63,794 nt of DNA, filler included, from Asterionella formosa (GCA_002256025.1; 15 parts of 15 records of this genome joined end to end with filler, not necessarily neighbours in it), one strand, 5' to 3'. Shown: positions 47,776 to 59,929, counted from the first letter of the whole stretch. The notes: generated by a model from the sequence alone, not told the origin. Made by a program: numbers and translations.

Positions 47776-48424
47776 AAGAATCTGTAAAGACCGAATCGTA
47801 TGCAGGATTACCAGATCTAAGTAGAGCAGGATGACCCTTGTGGGTACTGCATCCCTTATACCACTCATCAAAGGGCATATCACGACAGTCTTGACAAGCC
47901 TGAATGTAGTTACCAGTTTGATTGTGAGCCTTATGAATGCACCATACTGCAGTACGAAATCCCTTATGCTTTTCAGGGGCATTCCAATCCCCACGACATT
48001 TTATAAGATGCCCCATGACATCATAAACTTCCTTTCCACCAAGATCCAATAATGTCATACTTGATGCATTGTATTTCCACCATACATACATTACAAGGGA
48101 TTCTACCTTCATCGATGGACAGTTTGCAGGACATTTGTCCCTAAGCATCAACAGTGACTCATAATCACCAATCAACTTGAAGAATTTTGTAAGACCACGA
48201 AAGTGAACCTCATAGCTTAGCTCTGTACGATACCGGAGTGCACTTGTACCAGTCAATTTTGCGAAGCGTCGGTCAACAGATGTCTTTTTCAATTTGTCCA
48301 AAGCATTCAGAATTCCTTGGGCTACTTTATCTTCAATATCTGCTGGTGTATCCTTGGCATATAAGACATCCCGAGGTAGATTGGCAAGCTTTTTAGTCTC
48401 ACCGCGTGTATTCTTCTTACTCAT
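47776..48424 (-). mobile_element. N-terminal part of a probable Crypton-like tyrosine recombinase ORF, truncated at contig end
   Basis: Stop-free for 216 codons. T..SY..HF.GL..FF (core-binding-like helix), W..P....FR.AV..IH, CxxC-x9-CxxH and GNP. The catalytic domain is not in the contig. Confidence 0.5.
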
Positions 48425-49241
48425 TCTGACAATTCAAGTATATGGATGCGAAATTAGCGAGTTAAGTGAACAAATTATTCATCAAATGTTGGCGGGCTGT
48501 AATTTTGAGGATCACATGTATTCCTATACAGTTATGTATATTTATATAGTTGCACGGATTTGATATAGTCTGGTGCAATTCAGGTTACTCTAAGTAAAGT
48601 GGTGCAATTGGTGGTGCAATGGTGGTGCAAATGCCAATGGGCAGTTGAATTTACAAATAGTTTTTCCAGTTTCATCCCGTTTTGGAAAAAGTCCCGGTAG
48701 ACTATCTTGCCTACATCATACAGTACCTGGAAACCGGTACCTTGCACCGTCATATGTCGCCAAATTCATACGTATGCGACCATTTTTCAGTTAGTGGTTT
48801 GGTTTGGAGGTAGGGTGGTGATCTATGCGAGAGTTTATCATGAAACCCCAGAGTAATAAATTATTTTAGTTTACGATACTTGGTAGTAAGTATATCATGT
48901 GATTTTACCTTCCATACTGAATAATACGTATGTATACTGATGACCGGTACCTGGTGAAGTATCTAACTAGAAGTAGTAGTATTTGTTGAATATATGAGCT
49001 TATTAATTAATCTTTATGTACAACTCATTTCCTGAACTGACATCAAAGTATAGAATGGGTGTTAGTCGAGTTCTCTCATTATACAATTCCGATGTATTTA
49101 ATATAACCCTAACCCTAAATACATCTGTATCGATGTGCAGGNNNNNNNNNNNNNNNNNNNNNNNNNNNNNNNNNNNNNNNNNNNNTTAATTAATTAANNN
49201 NNNNNNNNNNNNNNNNNNNNNNNNNNNNNNNNNNNNNNNNN

Positions 49242-49612
49242 GTCCAGACAAGCGCCGCAGCTTGGCAGCAAGCGACATGACTGAACAAGCGCAATCACCA
49301 GCACGAAGCTGATTGTACACAAGGCGAATCGCAGCAAATTCAACTGCACTATTGAACCGCCGTGGCTTGCCTAAATGAAATGTATGCTTCTTTCATAACA
49401 AACGACCCTCATCCGACAATGAAGCTTCTACATCAGTATAACCAGTCTCAAAAGCATGAAGATAGCTTTCAAGCGTCGAATATTGTTGGCAATGATGCCA
49501 CACAACTTATGTGCAACAGCTTTGATGTTGCCGGGGAGTTCCCATGCTTCATCCATGAAGTCGCGTTTTCTTGCAAAATCAAGAACTTCTCCTTTTTCAC
49601 TTTACGGAAATA
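49242..49612 (-). mobile_element. Degenerate N-terminal DNA-binding region of a pogo-like transposase
   Basis: Minus-strand RKRDFMDEAWELPGNIKAVAHK...NIRRLK and IRLVYNQLRAGDCACSVMSLAAKLRRL resemble tandem HTH regions; stops present. Confidence 0.4.
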
Positions 49613-50229
49613 ATGATCATACTACTATGAATTAGAAAATTGCGCGCCAACCTGTAGAACCAATTTACGTGGGTCTAATATAAGGGAAATCTCTCCAATT
49701 TTCTGCCCCCCCCCCCCCCCCCCCCCCAAAGTAATATCAGCCAAATTCATGCCCATGATTGCACATTGGGGGGGGGGGGCAAGAAAATGAATTATATGGC
49801 ACAACAAATCGATGATGATTTGACAACAATCATCATGACATCTTCCACTCATTTGTATTGTATACTAGTCAAATAGAATCGAAAAATCGCTAGTGTATTG
49901 TAAACGATTTTAATTGTGACTACTGCATTCGTTTAGATGTAGCAGATACAGTAAAATCGGAAAACCACAAGTGGGCTCGACAACAAAGACAATATCTGGA
50001 TGCCTTGGCCTTGTTGTCGCATTCAAACGCGTCTTATTCATACATATGCGCCGTTCTAAAATGCTGAATTTCCTACAAAGGATCAGGCCCAAAACAAAAA
50101 TTGAATTATAATTCACTATTTATCTGCTAAGAATAGTTTGATCGTCATCGTCATACTGTTATTTCCACCACCTCCAGCCAGTCACCATAGTCTGAGTACA
50201 TTTTAATTGAAAACACAACATTGGTAAAA

Positions 50230-50440
50230 TCTAACGAATTCCCAAATAGGAATCATATTATTTTTTGTAAAAGTAGTATATTTTTGTCTTCTTACATCAC
50301 AGTCAATGGGTGGCTGACAATGTTTAGGTTTTCCCAAAAACTGTTTGTATCACTTTTTTGCCTGTCTGAACGAAACCAAAACCAAACCAAAATTTTGTTT
50401 TCGGGTTTTGGTTTTGGTCCCCAGTTAGCTAGAACCGGCC
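50230..50440 (-). repeat. Second copy of the dispersed repeat at 9517-9745
   Basis: Reverse-complement match, e.g. GGGAAAACCTAAACATTGTCAGCCACCCATTGACTGTGATGTA. Confidence 0.7.
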
Positions 50441-50759
50441 TAGCACTGCCATACATTGCTATATAGCCCATATACTTAGAGCAAGATCATAGTCACAGTC
50501 CATTTTCTGGAGACTTATCTCAAATATGATCTATACCTTCACTATACTTCTGATCATGCCATCACGGGGCTGGCTTTAATGGAGGTCGATACAGCATGCA
50601 TATGCANNNNNNNNNNNNNNNNNNNNNNNNNNNNNNNNNNNNNNNNNNNNTTAATTAATTAANNNNNNNNNNNNNNNNNNNNNNNNNNNNNNNNNNNNNN
50701 NNNNNNGGTTTTTTGTCTTTTTCGATTTTCACTTTTGCCGATCTCAAGCAAAATGCAGA

Positions 50760-51060
50760 TGCCCCTGACACCGCCTTTTTTGCCACAACTCAATCTTAAC
50801 AAGCGTACGAGAAAGAGTTTGACAGTAGAAGAGCATCAAACGATTCTCGACTCTGCTTTACGGAACCTCAAATAAGGACCTGGCTGGTGGAAGCACCAAA
50901 ATAGCTGGTCGGCTCATGTTGATGCCTGTAACCGTTAAATTCTTTTCACGTAGGTAAGTGTGAATAGGAGTACTGTAAAACGTATATGGAATCGTGCGAT
51001 CGCCTCATACTATTCAGAGGATAATAATAAATTTGCCTCGCTTTCCCCCCAAAACATAGC
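50760..51060 (+). mobile_element. Fragment of a mariner-type transposase N-terminus
   Basis: VNRSTVKRIWNRAIASY near 50959-51010 resembles the HTH of plant/stramenopile mariner transposases. Heavily decayed. Confidence 0.45.
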
Positions 51061-51092
51061 TTGGCGCGCTCTGATATTAAAAAATTATTACA

Positions 51093-52071
51093 TCATGTGT
51101 GTATTATAACACAAATTATTTTGGCTATTTGATGCATAATTATTCCATTTCGGATGGGATCTGAAAATAGTAGTTTGGCCTGGAACATTACTTTCAATTT
51201 TAACATGATAACAAAAGTCAAGTCAATCCTTACAATGGAAACAGGCCCAATACCATCTTCAAGACTTTTTATTCTTGCTATTTCTATCGCTGAATTCGTA
51301 ATGCTCTTTACGTAGCTAGTTGGCCCCCTTCGGTAAATCAGGATGAACCAATTGATACAAGGGTGCATCCTTACTCCGTAATACATGGTGCCCAATCTCA
51401 TTAGGGACACCTGCTATAGTCCATTGACCATTTGATGATGAAGCAGAGAATTGAACTTTACAGGAAGGGATGGTGAATGGTTCTTGGTAGGCGATATCCT
51501 CAAATTATCAGGCGAGGTACTAGGCACCAACATCCTTGTATCCGGAATCATTCCTTCGAAATCAATCTCTGTTGAAATACCCTCAGTTACATTCATATGT
51601 ACTACTTTACTCATCTTCTTCTGTTTGTTTTCTGTATGTAATGAATCACTTGCAAAAACAATTTTTCGTGCCAACGAAAACTGCCTTGTTTCATATGACC
51701 TTGTTAAAATGTCATGCTTTAATCAATGTAATTGTCCATTGACACGCTTACTGGGTCGTTTCAATTTGTCTTTCAAAAAAAACTCCGAATACCTACCAAA
51801 GAAATTAAGAGGTTATCCAAAATTCCTAATCAGATGAGGGTTATGTTTCATTCCATGAAATTTTGCCATTCGTAAGCCAATTTGAGATATCATTTCCCGT
51901 TGGGGACCAATCATAATCTTAGTACCTGACATAAAACTCTTAACCCTTTCCTCTAAAATATCAATACATGTTGATGTATACTGCGGTATGAATAAAGTGT
52001 CATTGATAGAAATACATAACCATAACAGCAATGTGAAATCCTTTTCTAGGTGCATGTGCTCTGAACCCATC
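51093..52071 (-). mobile_element. Pseudogenised Plavaka/CMC-like transposase C-terminal region
   Basis: One frame with stops: LRMAKFHGMKHNPHLIRNFG*PLNFFGRYSEFFLKDKLKRPSKR, matching the KFH..H.P..I..FG...N.....E..K.P motif. Confidence 0.6.
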
Positions 52072-53907
52072 NNNNNNNNNNNNNNNNNNNNNNNNNNNNN
52101 NNNNNNNNNNNNNNNTTAATTAATTAANNNNNNNNNNNNNNNNNNNNNNNNNNNNNNNNNNNNNNNNNNNNAGCACGACACTGACTTGTAAACCATGATG
52201 GTACTTCATTTTGATTTGGTTGTTGTTGGTCAATTGGCGAGAGGAAAATATACCAATGTGATGGATTATTGTTGGTTTTTCGTTTATTTGTGGCGTTTTC
52301 AGTCAAAAAATATTTTAGAGTTCGGCAACGGGACCGGTCGTGAGAAGCCGACATGTTATTTCAAGGCATGACCCAGGTTAAATAGTGTACTACCGGCAAA
52401 CCCAGCCAAGGCATTCGCTCACAAGAATGGTCGACTCCGAGTGTTCAAACGTTGATAAGAACTGCAGAAGACAAAACCGGTATGGTGTGATAGAAAGCTG
52501 GTGGATAGGTACAAACTAAGCATGTTTCTTTTTTCCTAAATGGACTGAATAGGCAGGAGGCCGTCGATTTATTTCACCCAATGATATTAGACGAAAAGTG
52601 AACTTCACTCCTCAAGCAAGCTTGCCGTATTTACGTTATGTTTTGTGGTGCCCAAAAAAGGGAACCACATGATGATGTCGCTCACAGAGGGGGGACAGCC
52701 AGCATCTGCGGCATGTTTCATGTCCTAGGTCTTGAGTATGTACAGCTGATGTCTACCAGGGATTAGAGACCAGTACGGTACCTGGTAGTACTGCTGGAAC
52801 TACCGTATGGAAAGTAACTACAAAAGAAAAGGGCCGGGTGGTGGTACGCACCATGTTGTCGTTCATTTTTGCGACCTTATAACAGGAGGTATATTTTAGG
52901 CGACTCGTCCATGCATTCTTTGGAGTGAATAATTTCCGCGGGAATGGAAACATGCATTGGTTTCAAGTTGCAGAGTACGTACCCAGCACAGGACTACCTG
53001 TACCTGGTACCAGGTAACCTTGGTACCAGATACCAGGTACCAGGTACCGATACATTGACAAGGGTGTCTTTTTTCCCGCAGGAACATCGTCATTTATGAT
53101 GATCTGAAAGGACTACCGGTACCAGGTAGTCTACCTGGTACCAACTCACTCGAATTGCCGGTACACGCATGTGGTCTATTTTTGGTACCAGGTACCAGGT
53201 ACAACTTCGTGATCAATCGTCCTCTCGGTCTTGCACAATTATGACATTTTGCCGTGATGATAACGAGCCCCGGTACTCTAGTGTACCGGGGTTTCGTACC
53301 TTCACAGTTTGCCTACCGGTAATCATTTCAAATCAGGGGTTTATTTGATTTGGTTTTACATCCTGCCTTACCGCACATTTGGGCGAGATGCATTTTATCT
53401 TGATTGAAGTGCATTGAAACTGTAGCCGAATATGCACATAGGCCATGACGATTCGCTCGTGTTCGCTGTCTAAAGCAGGGTCCCAGGTATCGTCCTGCAA
53501 TTGCACCCGGTGTGTCCCCTGCGCGAGCTCGGAGTCNNNNNNNNNNNNNNNNNNNNNNNNNNNNNNNNNNNNNNNNNNNNTTAATTAATTAANNNNNNNN
53601 NNNNNNNNNNNNNNNNNNNNNNNNNNNNNNNNNNNNCTGATGCTGGATTAAACCTAACGAGAGCAGCGGCAAAGAATGAAGGTTTCCAAGCAACCACTCT
53701 TCGCGCACCAGTGCAAATCTGTCTGCAATTGGTTTCTGCAAAGAAACGTCGTCATTGTTCGTCTTTTCTATGTCATCTGTACGACGACAAGGTGCGCAAC
53801 ATAGTTACGGTACCTGGTACCGGTACCTGGTACTGGCATATCATGCACTCCGGAGTACATAGTAAAAGGTACCAGGTACCAGGTAGCTCGTTCGAATGTC
53901 TCACTAG

Positions 53908-55007
53908 CGAAGTAACTTCGACACAATTACCGTCTCGTCCGTTTCGTCTTTCTCCATATGTAGTCTGTGTAGAACTAGCTTTGTGGGTACTTAGCTGCAA
54001 TATATAAAATCGACCCATCAAATACTAGAATAGCGAGCCAGAAATACTAAGTAGAAGTAGCATAAATGGTTTTTGAATTCGGTGCTGAGTACCGGTAAAC
54101 GTGTCCCTTTTCCAAAATCCGGGTTCAAAATGCGGATCCAATCTCCGGGTTCTGCGGCAGTCGAGTTGCGCTTTGCCGTGGGAGGGACGTAGGGTGGGTG
54201 ATTTTAGACTATAAATTGCGAAAGGCTTGGCGATGCTTTAGACTGCTTCTCTGAATCGTTATTCAAAGAATTGTGTGCTTCACCCTTGCACTAATTCACT
54301 TGTTTAACCTCGCGTGGTTGCTCTTGTCTTCCCTTGTCTTAGCTGCCGACTCTTGGTTGTTCGATTCAACTCTAAAAGCTAGAACTTAATAGTCGCGTTG
54401 TCGCTATATTGAATTCTCAGCTTCGACTCCTTCGATTCGCGTCGCGTGGTTTGTATCATCCGGTGCTCGCCTGATATACTAACTCCATCGCGTCCGTCCT
54501 TGTCCGTAATATCAACGAAGTAACTTCGACACAATTACCGTCTCGTCCGTTTCGTCTTTCTCCATATGTAGTCTGTGTAGTACTAGCTTTGTGGGTACTT
54601 AGCTGCAATATATAAAATCGACCCATCAAATACTAGAATAGCGAGCCAGAAATACTAAGTAGAAGTAGCATAAATGGTTTTTGAATTCGGTGCTAAGTAA
54701 ACGTGTCCCTTTTCCAAAATCCGGGTTCAAAATGCGGATCCAATCTCCGGGTTCTGCGGCAGTCGAGTTGCGCTTTGCCGATCCACTTTCTAGTCACGAC
54801 GAATTATGTTAGATGAGCCGTGGCATGCGCGTCTCGCCCTGCCATTGTCGATCGAGATGTGAATGCTATTGTATTTGCCGGCGGATGGAAGAATGTCGTT
54901 GTCGTGATCATCTTTTGGCTAACTGACTTCGTAAATTCCGCCACTTGCTTACGGATGTAAATTAGAAATGCGTCCGATTTCCAGCGACCAATTAGCATGA
55001 CCATGTA
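53908..55007 (-). mobile_element. 3' end of a Ngaro/PAT-like YR retrotransposon: YR C-terminus, B1 (54780-54516), A2 (54515-54199), 20-bp spacer, B2 (54178-53908)
   Basis: B copies are identical except 2 substitutions and a 6-bp indel. A2 matches 963-1279. The YR motif lies upstream. Confidence 0.92.
54804..55007 (-). CDS. Tyrosine recombinase C-terminal fragment (5' truncated)
   Basis: MLIGRWKSDAFLIYIRKQ is the GRW.S.AF..YIR motif containing the catalytic Tyr of DIRS-order YRs. Confidence 0.9.
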   Translation of the reverse strand, partial: YMVMLIGRWKSDAFLIYIRKQVAEFTKSVSQKMITTTTFFHPPANTIAFTSRSTMAGRDAHATAHLT

Positions 55008-56148
55008 NNNNNNNNNNNNNNNNNNNNNNNNNNNNNNNNNNNNNNNNNNNNTTAATTAATTAANNNNNNNNNNNNNNNNNNNNNNNNNNNNNNNNNNNNN
55101 NNNNNNNATATTATTACTTATGTGGATTTGACTTGGTATTACCCATCCTTTGACCAAGCAATTCCTGCTCCAGATATCGTCTTGCCATTCGGGTACTTCT
55201 TCTACAAGGAGTAACTTTTAGGCTCTAAGTAATTTGTTGACTAATTTTTATTCTGGGGCAATATGGGGCACATCGAATTTTTCGGCAATAAAAATGCCGA
55301 TTTTAGCATGACAGCCAGAATAACAGTAATATATATACATTGAAATGGTACAACAAGCATCAACCATACAAGAATGATTGTTACCACATGAAACAGCAAT
55401 GAAAATTGAACATGATGTTTGGAGCAACCAAAGTATGAAATGCGATGATGTAATAAGTAGCATCAAATGAGAAATAGAAAAAATTGTTTTGGGTTAGAAA
55501 TGAAGCAAAAAAAGGAGATTCAGTGGAGACACATGCATTGTGACATTGTAGTAGTGTACTGACACAGGCAACATTGACTTTCCATCACCAAACAATCAAA
55601 GACTGAAATAAGAAGAAAAAAGCTGAACCCAGTTTAGACCTGCATCATTATCAACTCCGCCCCTCAAGCTGAGTATTTAAAAACAGCAAATTCAACAGCA
55701 ACGCACAGAACATGATGAACATGATGATGATGTCAATCATGTCATCTATGCTAAACCATGGGACATCACTCAGGCCATGATGAATTCAATGATAGCTTCG
55801 AATGTGCTATCAATGCAGCAATCATTGCAATCTCCAAGCACAACAACGCCAAGTACAAATGCACAACCATCTTCATCGGCTGCATCTATAGAATTTCAAA
55901 CCCCAAATGATAATGATGGTGACAACGAAAGCAGTAGTATAGCATTTTTGTTTTAAATTGATCATCTATAAACTTCATGAAAAAATGTGCCATCTGCACC
56001 TCTAATTTTCGTTGTCAATATTTGTGTTACTAGAATAATTCTTTTATGATTGTATTTTCTATGTTGTGGTTGCTATACACACCGAATTGGAAAGTGTTGT
56101 TCTCAATTTTTGTGTAGATATTTAATATTTTTGTCATGGTCAAGGCTT

Positions 56149-56243
56149 TGATGACATGATAACAGAAGCTCCAGCCGAACATAATGACTGCACTTGTGAT
56201 GACATGCTAACAGAAGCTCCAGCCGAACATAATGACTGCACTT
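56149..56243. repeat. Tandem repeat, 2 x 48 bp
   Basis: TGATGACATG(A/C)TAACAGAAGCTCCAGCCGAACATAATGACTGCACTT at 56149 and 56197. Confidence 0.95.
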
Positions 56244-56963
56244 CAGTATTTTGTATAGATGGCTGCTGGATGCAATTTTTGGGGCCACCGGGTATACCCT
56301 GTAGGCCTAGTATTAGCATAAACCCTAAACCTATGGTATATAATATTTTGCGCTTGGATTGGCATGTTATAATCACATCCACCATGTTGTTATTATTCTG
56401 TTGCTTTACTCAACAATAGAATATCCTCCCATGCTGCTTCAAATGGCTTTCTTTCCTTGTGATAGAAAAATANNNNNNNNNNNNNNNNNNNNNNNNNNNN
56501 NNNNNNNNNNNNNNNNTTAATTAATTAANNNNNNNNNNNNNNNNNNNNNNNNNNNNNNNNNNNNNNNNNNNNAGACTATGATGTAAAACAGTGGAAGGGA
56601 AACACAGAGCAAGCTTTTTGCGGCTCTTGTGGAGGTGCAGCTGGTGTGATGGTAACTGAGTGTAGTAATTATTGAACAGAGCACAGCAGTGTAATATGCG
56701 AATCATGTCGAGATGCTTTTAATGCTTGGAATAATGATCAATCCAGGACTATGCCAAACGTTGGGTCATCTAAGCCGCGTATTACATGAAGTGACCATCA
56801 CATAAATAAGCCTAGTTGATTTTGAATTGATCACATGAATTAGTTGAATACATCAAAATGCTCGTTTTTGAATATATCTATATATTATCTGAATACATCA
56901 CGTTCATTATTTGATCAGAGTATCATGCATGCATTCCTGATCATCACTATATTACGTGATCAC

Positions 56964-57041
56964 CTTCACATAATTATTTGAAATACTTCACGTAATTATT
57001 TGAAATACTTCACATAATTATTTAAAATACTTCACTTAATT
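56964..57041. repeat. Tandem repeat, ~3.5 x 22 bp, in an AT-rich TTCAC(A/G)TAAT array
   Basis: CTTCAC(A/G)TAATTATTT(G/A)AAATA at 56964, 56986 and 57008, plus a partial copy at 57030. Confidence 0.9.
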
Positions 57042-58062
57042 CTGTAATTTAGTTCACATTGCCTAAAAATTTTGTTCACGTAATTTTATAATATAGTTCA
57101 CATAATGAATTAAATTTGTTTACGTAATTTAAAAGTACAATCAAATATGTTGATTTCTAATTCAACTGCCGGTATTTCACATTACATGGGAAACAAATCT
57201 CGATATGCAATCAAACAAAGCAGTTCTTTCAGAATGGCATCTTCAGTCTTGAGAAGGCAGGCATCATGAGATGTCTGTAAGGACAATGCAAGACAAACAG
57301 AAACCATTCATTCTGAATGAAAAAATTATTCATTCTTGAAAAGGCATCATGGTGCGAAATCGCAACAGGAATGTATCACACTGGCTTCCTCCTTGTCCTT
57401 GAAATGACTTCTTCATTGACCTGCAAAGATTTACAAAAGAACAGTGTGTCAGTAATTCAATTAATAGAACTAGCAACAGCAGAAAGCAACACACACATGT
57501 GCTTTTCAACTGTTTCACAGAGCAGACAAATTGACAGCAGAACACCGGCATTAGCCAGCCACCAGGCAGCACCGCAACTCACTGATGCATTAAAAAAGAT
57601 GGCTCCTGTTGTGAAATGGACAGCTAAAATGTAAAATAAATGTAGACAACAATAACAGAACCATGTGATTTCTCTCTCGCTTTGCTGATACAATTATGAA
57701 ACTGAAGATTAAGCTCACCTTGAAGGCCTCCATTGCGGGTCTCCATATTGCTGTGTCATTTCATCTGCTATCACTCATACTTTCCAAAGAACACTGCTTT
57801 TCTGAAAAGGCCTGTTCAAATGTCAAATGAATGTTGAAAACAACAGCATGACACATCATGAGTTATCCCTCGCTTGGTGATATAATTGCAAAAATAGCAA
57901 GCAAATAAATCTTACCTTAAAAGCATCGATTGCTTACNNNNNNNNNNNNNNNNNNNNNNNNNNNNNNNNNNNNNNNNNNNNTTAATTAATTAANNNNNNN
58001 NNNNNNNNNNNNNNNNNNNNNNNNNNNNNNNNNNNNNTGGTCAAGTCAACACAAAACACTTC

Positions 58063-58464
58063 ACAAAGCGACAGACATGGACCTGTTGCAGTTGAAAAGT
58101 TGATTGGCAAGATCAGAACTCTTCGTTGCGCAATGGACTTTGATTTTAAGTTTGTAATCAGCATTGACAACGATGATTAATTATCAATATTTAATGATGA
58201 GGGAACCAGAAACTATTTCTAATGAAGGGAAATAAAAATCTAAAATGATGACTCGTCTTCTTTGACAAAGCGACAGACATGGACCTGTTGCAGTTGAAAA
58301 GTTGATTGGCAAGTTCAGAACTCTTCGTTGCGCAATGGACTTTGATTTTAAGTTTGTAATCAGCATTGAAAACGATGATTAATTATCAATATTTAATGAT
58401 GAGCGAACCAGAAACTATTTCTAATGAAGGGAAATAAACATCTAAAATGATGACTCTTCTTTGA
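58063..58464. repeat. Tandem duplication, 2 x ~202 bp
   Basis: ACAAAGCGACAGACATGGACC... at 58063 and 58265. Confidence 0.95.
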
Positions 58465-59762
58465 TGTGTGCAAAACAAATATTTGGTGAAAAGTAAATAT
58501 CTAACACACTACAAGGTACGGGCGGCTACCCGATGTACTTTGCAGGTGCACCCAGCCATAAGAAAAATAATGATATCGGCGGGTTGCACGACTCAATCCT
58601 CACAACAAGCAGCAGTCGTACATACATACATATTTATTCATAGATAAATATATATATAAACATGACTTTGGTGCTTCCTATTACTGGTACAGTAGTCAGT
58701 TTTCAGAAAGTGAAAATTGTGTGGTTGGTTACTGAGGGGTGGTTTTCCTTTTTGCTTTATGGAGCAGGAAAGGAAAGATTTATTTCTCCATATTTAGTTT
58801 GGTTTGGTAATTTTTTGTGATGCTATTGCCCTAGCATCCAAATCCTGTCCATAACTACAAGTGCTCCTTGTGTGCCAACAAAATCGACTCCCATGACATG
58901 TGCTGCCCTTGATGCTTTGCCTAGGACTCACCCTTCTACTCAACCTTAGAGTAAGAGAAATAAACTATTTTTATGATAATTGAGTCATGGTGGTAAAGGC
59001 GAATTTCCTAGGATTTCCAACCCTCAAAATAGTGACCCAATTTTCATAGACTAGATATCTGCTGGGTGGGTGAGTGTGGTAAATGTTGATTTCAAAGGCT
59101 TTTATGGGTTGTACAACACACTGTTGCTGTGTTGCTCCTTGGACAGCTGAGCTTGTTGATGTACCACAAAACAGAATCTACTCAACATTCTTTATCATGT
59201 ATATAATATATGGTGTATGTCAGTCATATTCAGTAGACTACTCCGAGTCCATAAAGATCCAGACGCGGACTAAAAAAACGAAAGTTTGCTTTGAATCAAC
59301 AAATTAACAAACACACCCATCATTTTCATTGTTGAAAATAGGATTGTTACGGTATGTACCGTTTGTCTCCTGCTCTTCACCACAATTGAACTTTGTATCA
59401 TANNNNNNNNNNNNNNNNNNNNNNNNNNNNNNNNNNNNNNNNNNNNTTAATTAATTAANNNNNNNNNNNNNNNNNNNNNNNNNNNNNNNNNNNNNNNNNN
59501 NNGCCTATTTGTGACTTCCTGCACAACACAACAAAACTTGCCACAACGACGAATCAAACGGGTTTCGAATATGAGGAGTGGTTGGAACGAAGAGACTTGT
59601 CATAAACATGACACTTCTGTCCGACTCGGTCGATGGAGCAAAAGAAACGACACCAGCGTCCGGTTATTTGCAAATGGCTGTACTTGATTAAAAACAAATA
59701 ACCATTTTGTTAGTAACTATTTATGAGTAAATAAAAATTCTTACTTCCATCTTTCCCCATAG

Positions 59763-59929
59763 GAATCAAGCAAAAACGCATTCGTCTCACAGTAGCCGAA
59801 AAGGAGCGTATCTTTCTGGACGCGCTTCAGTCCTACGATGCCACTGGAAGGCAAATGCTCAAGGATGACGAGTTTGACCTATTGAAGGAAGATTTGCAAT
59901 GGAACGGATCTGAGCATATATATAGCTAA
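59763..59929 (+). pseudogene. PGRL1: PGRL1 (PGR5-like 1) family gene fragment
   Basis: LTVAEKERIFLDALQSYDATGRQMLKDDEFDLLKEDLQWNGS matches the PGRL1 E..FL.ALQ.Y...G..MS.EEFD.LKEEL.W.GS motif. A stop follows after four more codons. Confidence 0.7.

Noticed and set aside
49104..49118. Telomere repeat TAACCCTAACCCTAA
   Set aside because: Only 2.5 units and not at the contig end.
963..54515. One giant 53-kb element bounded by the two A repeats
   Set aside because: The copies are on unlinked contigs separated by artificial linkers.
53908..54780. LTR pair of a TRIM/LTR element
   Set aside because: No TG...CA ends or TSD. The interior matches repeat A and a YR ORF is adjacent, which fits split direct repeats.
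55108..57937. Possible Harbinger or other TE coding remnants
   Set aside because: Hints only. No motif could be identified with confidence.
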